A stretch of 64,000 bases of DNA from Chara braunii. Taxonomy: Eukaryota > Plantae > Charophyceae. Below, one piece after another: positions 62,987-64,000 of the stretch. Location: contig BFEA01000020.1 in the NCBI GenBank assembly GCA_003427395.1, positions 3,542,439 through 3,606,438 of the forward strand. Reading direction: 5' to 3'. A model generated the notes under the pieces. That model worked only from the letters and a program-made list of their open reading frames with translations. It had not been told where the DNA came from and did not search any database. Within the stretch, counting starts at the first letter, position 1. Every line of letters begins with the position of its first letter. The translations under genes and the position numbers were made by a program.

Positions 62987-64000
62987 ATGCGTGGTTATGG
63001 TCGAGAACGACAGCACCGCGACCGCGAATGGGTCCCGCGAAGAATAAGAGATGACTGGAAGGGGCAGCTCGGGGTTCGGTATGAAGTCCTTGAGTGCATT
63101 GGCGAGGGGACGTATGGCCAAGTGTTCAGAGCACGGCGATCCTCAGATGGGGAGATTGTTGCGTTGAAGAGGATTCATTTGCAGGAGTCGTTGGTAAGCT
63201 CGTCAGCATTGTCAGAAAACAGTGCAGTTGTGGACGAGATCAGCGCGCTGCTCGAGCTGGACCACCCGAATGTGGTAAAACTCTTGGAGTACTTTGAGCA
63301 CAACTCCGCGGTGGTGCTTGTCTTCGAGTTTCTGGCCACAAATTTGGCGGAGGTGATCAAGAGAGGTCAAGAGCCTTTGGACGAAGCTGATGTGAAGGGG
63401 TGGATGGTGCAGATCTTATGCGGCCTGGCTGCTTGCCATGATGCTGCCATCATTCACAGAGACCTGAAGCCTGCAAACCTGCTCATTTCGAAGGGAGGGG
63501 TACTAAAGCTGGGTGATTTCGGATTGGCCCGAGTGTGCAAAGATGGAGAAAGGGTGGAGTTCACACATATGCTCGCCACCAGGTGGTACCGGGCCCCTGA
63601 GCTTCTCTATGGTGCGAGAGAGTGTGGAAAGGGTGTGGATATCTGGGCTGTTGGATGCATCTTTGCAGAATTGCTTGCCCGTGCACCATTGTTTCCCGGA
63701 GACTGTGAGATAGATCAACTCAGCAGGGTCGTCAAGATGATGGGCATCGCGGATGAGTCCAATTGGCCGGGTGTGAGTGATCTTCCTGATTTTGGAAAGA
63801 TACTGTTCTCTCCTCCTGAGATAATTCCCTTGGAGCGGGCATTACCAAATGCCTCAGAAGGAGCAATTCGTCTCTTGAAGAAGATGCTTGTTTATTCTCC
63901 AGAGAGTAGAGTCAGTGCCGCAGAGGCTCTTCAGGATGAGTACTTCTTGACCGCCCCACTACCAAAGCCTGCTGCAGACCTGTGGATTCCCCCCATCACC
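62987..64000 (+). CDS. CDK20: Cyclin-dependent kinase, CDK20/CCRK (LF2)-like; intronless here and runs off the window end
   Basis: Open frame from ATG 62987: YEVLECIGEGTYGQVFRA, VALKRI, IIHRDLKPANLLI, LKLGDFGLARV, FTHMLATRWYRAPELLYGARE, WPGVSDLPDFGKILF, YFLTAPLP; absent from the ORF track because there is no stop in the window. Confidence 0.9.
   Translation, partial: MRGYGRERQHRDREWVPRRIRDDWKGQLGVRYEVLECIGEGTYGQVFRARRSSDGEIVALKRIHLQESLVSSSALSENSAVVDEISALLELDHPNVVKLLEYFEHNSAVVLVFEFLATNLAEVIKRGQEPLDEADVKGWMVQILCGLAACHDAAIIHRDLKPANLLISKGGVLKLGDFGLARVCKDGERVEFTHMLATRWYRAPELLYGARECGKGVDIWAVGCIFAELLARAPLFPGDCEIDQLSRVVKMMGIADESNWPGVSDLPDFGKILFSPPEIIPLERALPNASEGAIRLLKKMLVYSPESRVSAAEALQDEYFLTAPLPKPAADLWIPPIT

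Overview
Repeat-dominated eukaryotic nuclear DNA from a short-read assembly, with N gaps and one Nextera mate-pair junction artefact. The gag and L1 protein styles, a plant-type Ub-RUB fusion and a cilium-linked CDK20 suggest a streptophyte with flagellated cells, Chara-like (inference). Contents in order: (1) a decayed Helitron at ~6.2-14.0 kb with its Rep catalytic core internally inverted, a PIF1 helicase and a Ulp1/C48 protease remnant; (2) MITEs, mini- and microsatellites at 14-33 kb; (3) two related non-autonomous Ty3/gypsy-type LTR elements at 33-45.5 kb, rich in stem-loops with compensatory base changes (a 14-unit hairpin array in the LTR, a conserved structured leader in three copies, and two further stem-loop arrays); (4) two decayed L1-type LINEs flanking an incomplete, unusually divergent ubiquitin-RUB1/NEDD8 gene; (5) an intronless CDK20/CCRK-like kinase ORF running off the right end. 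All alignments and folds were done by eye, so element boundaries are approximate.
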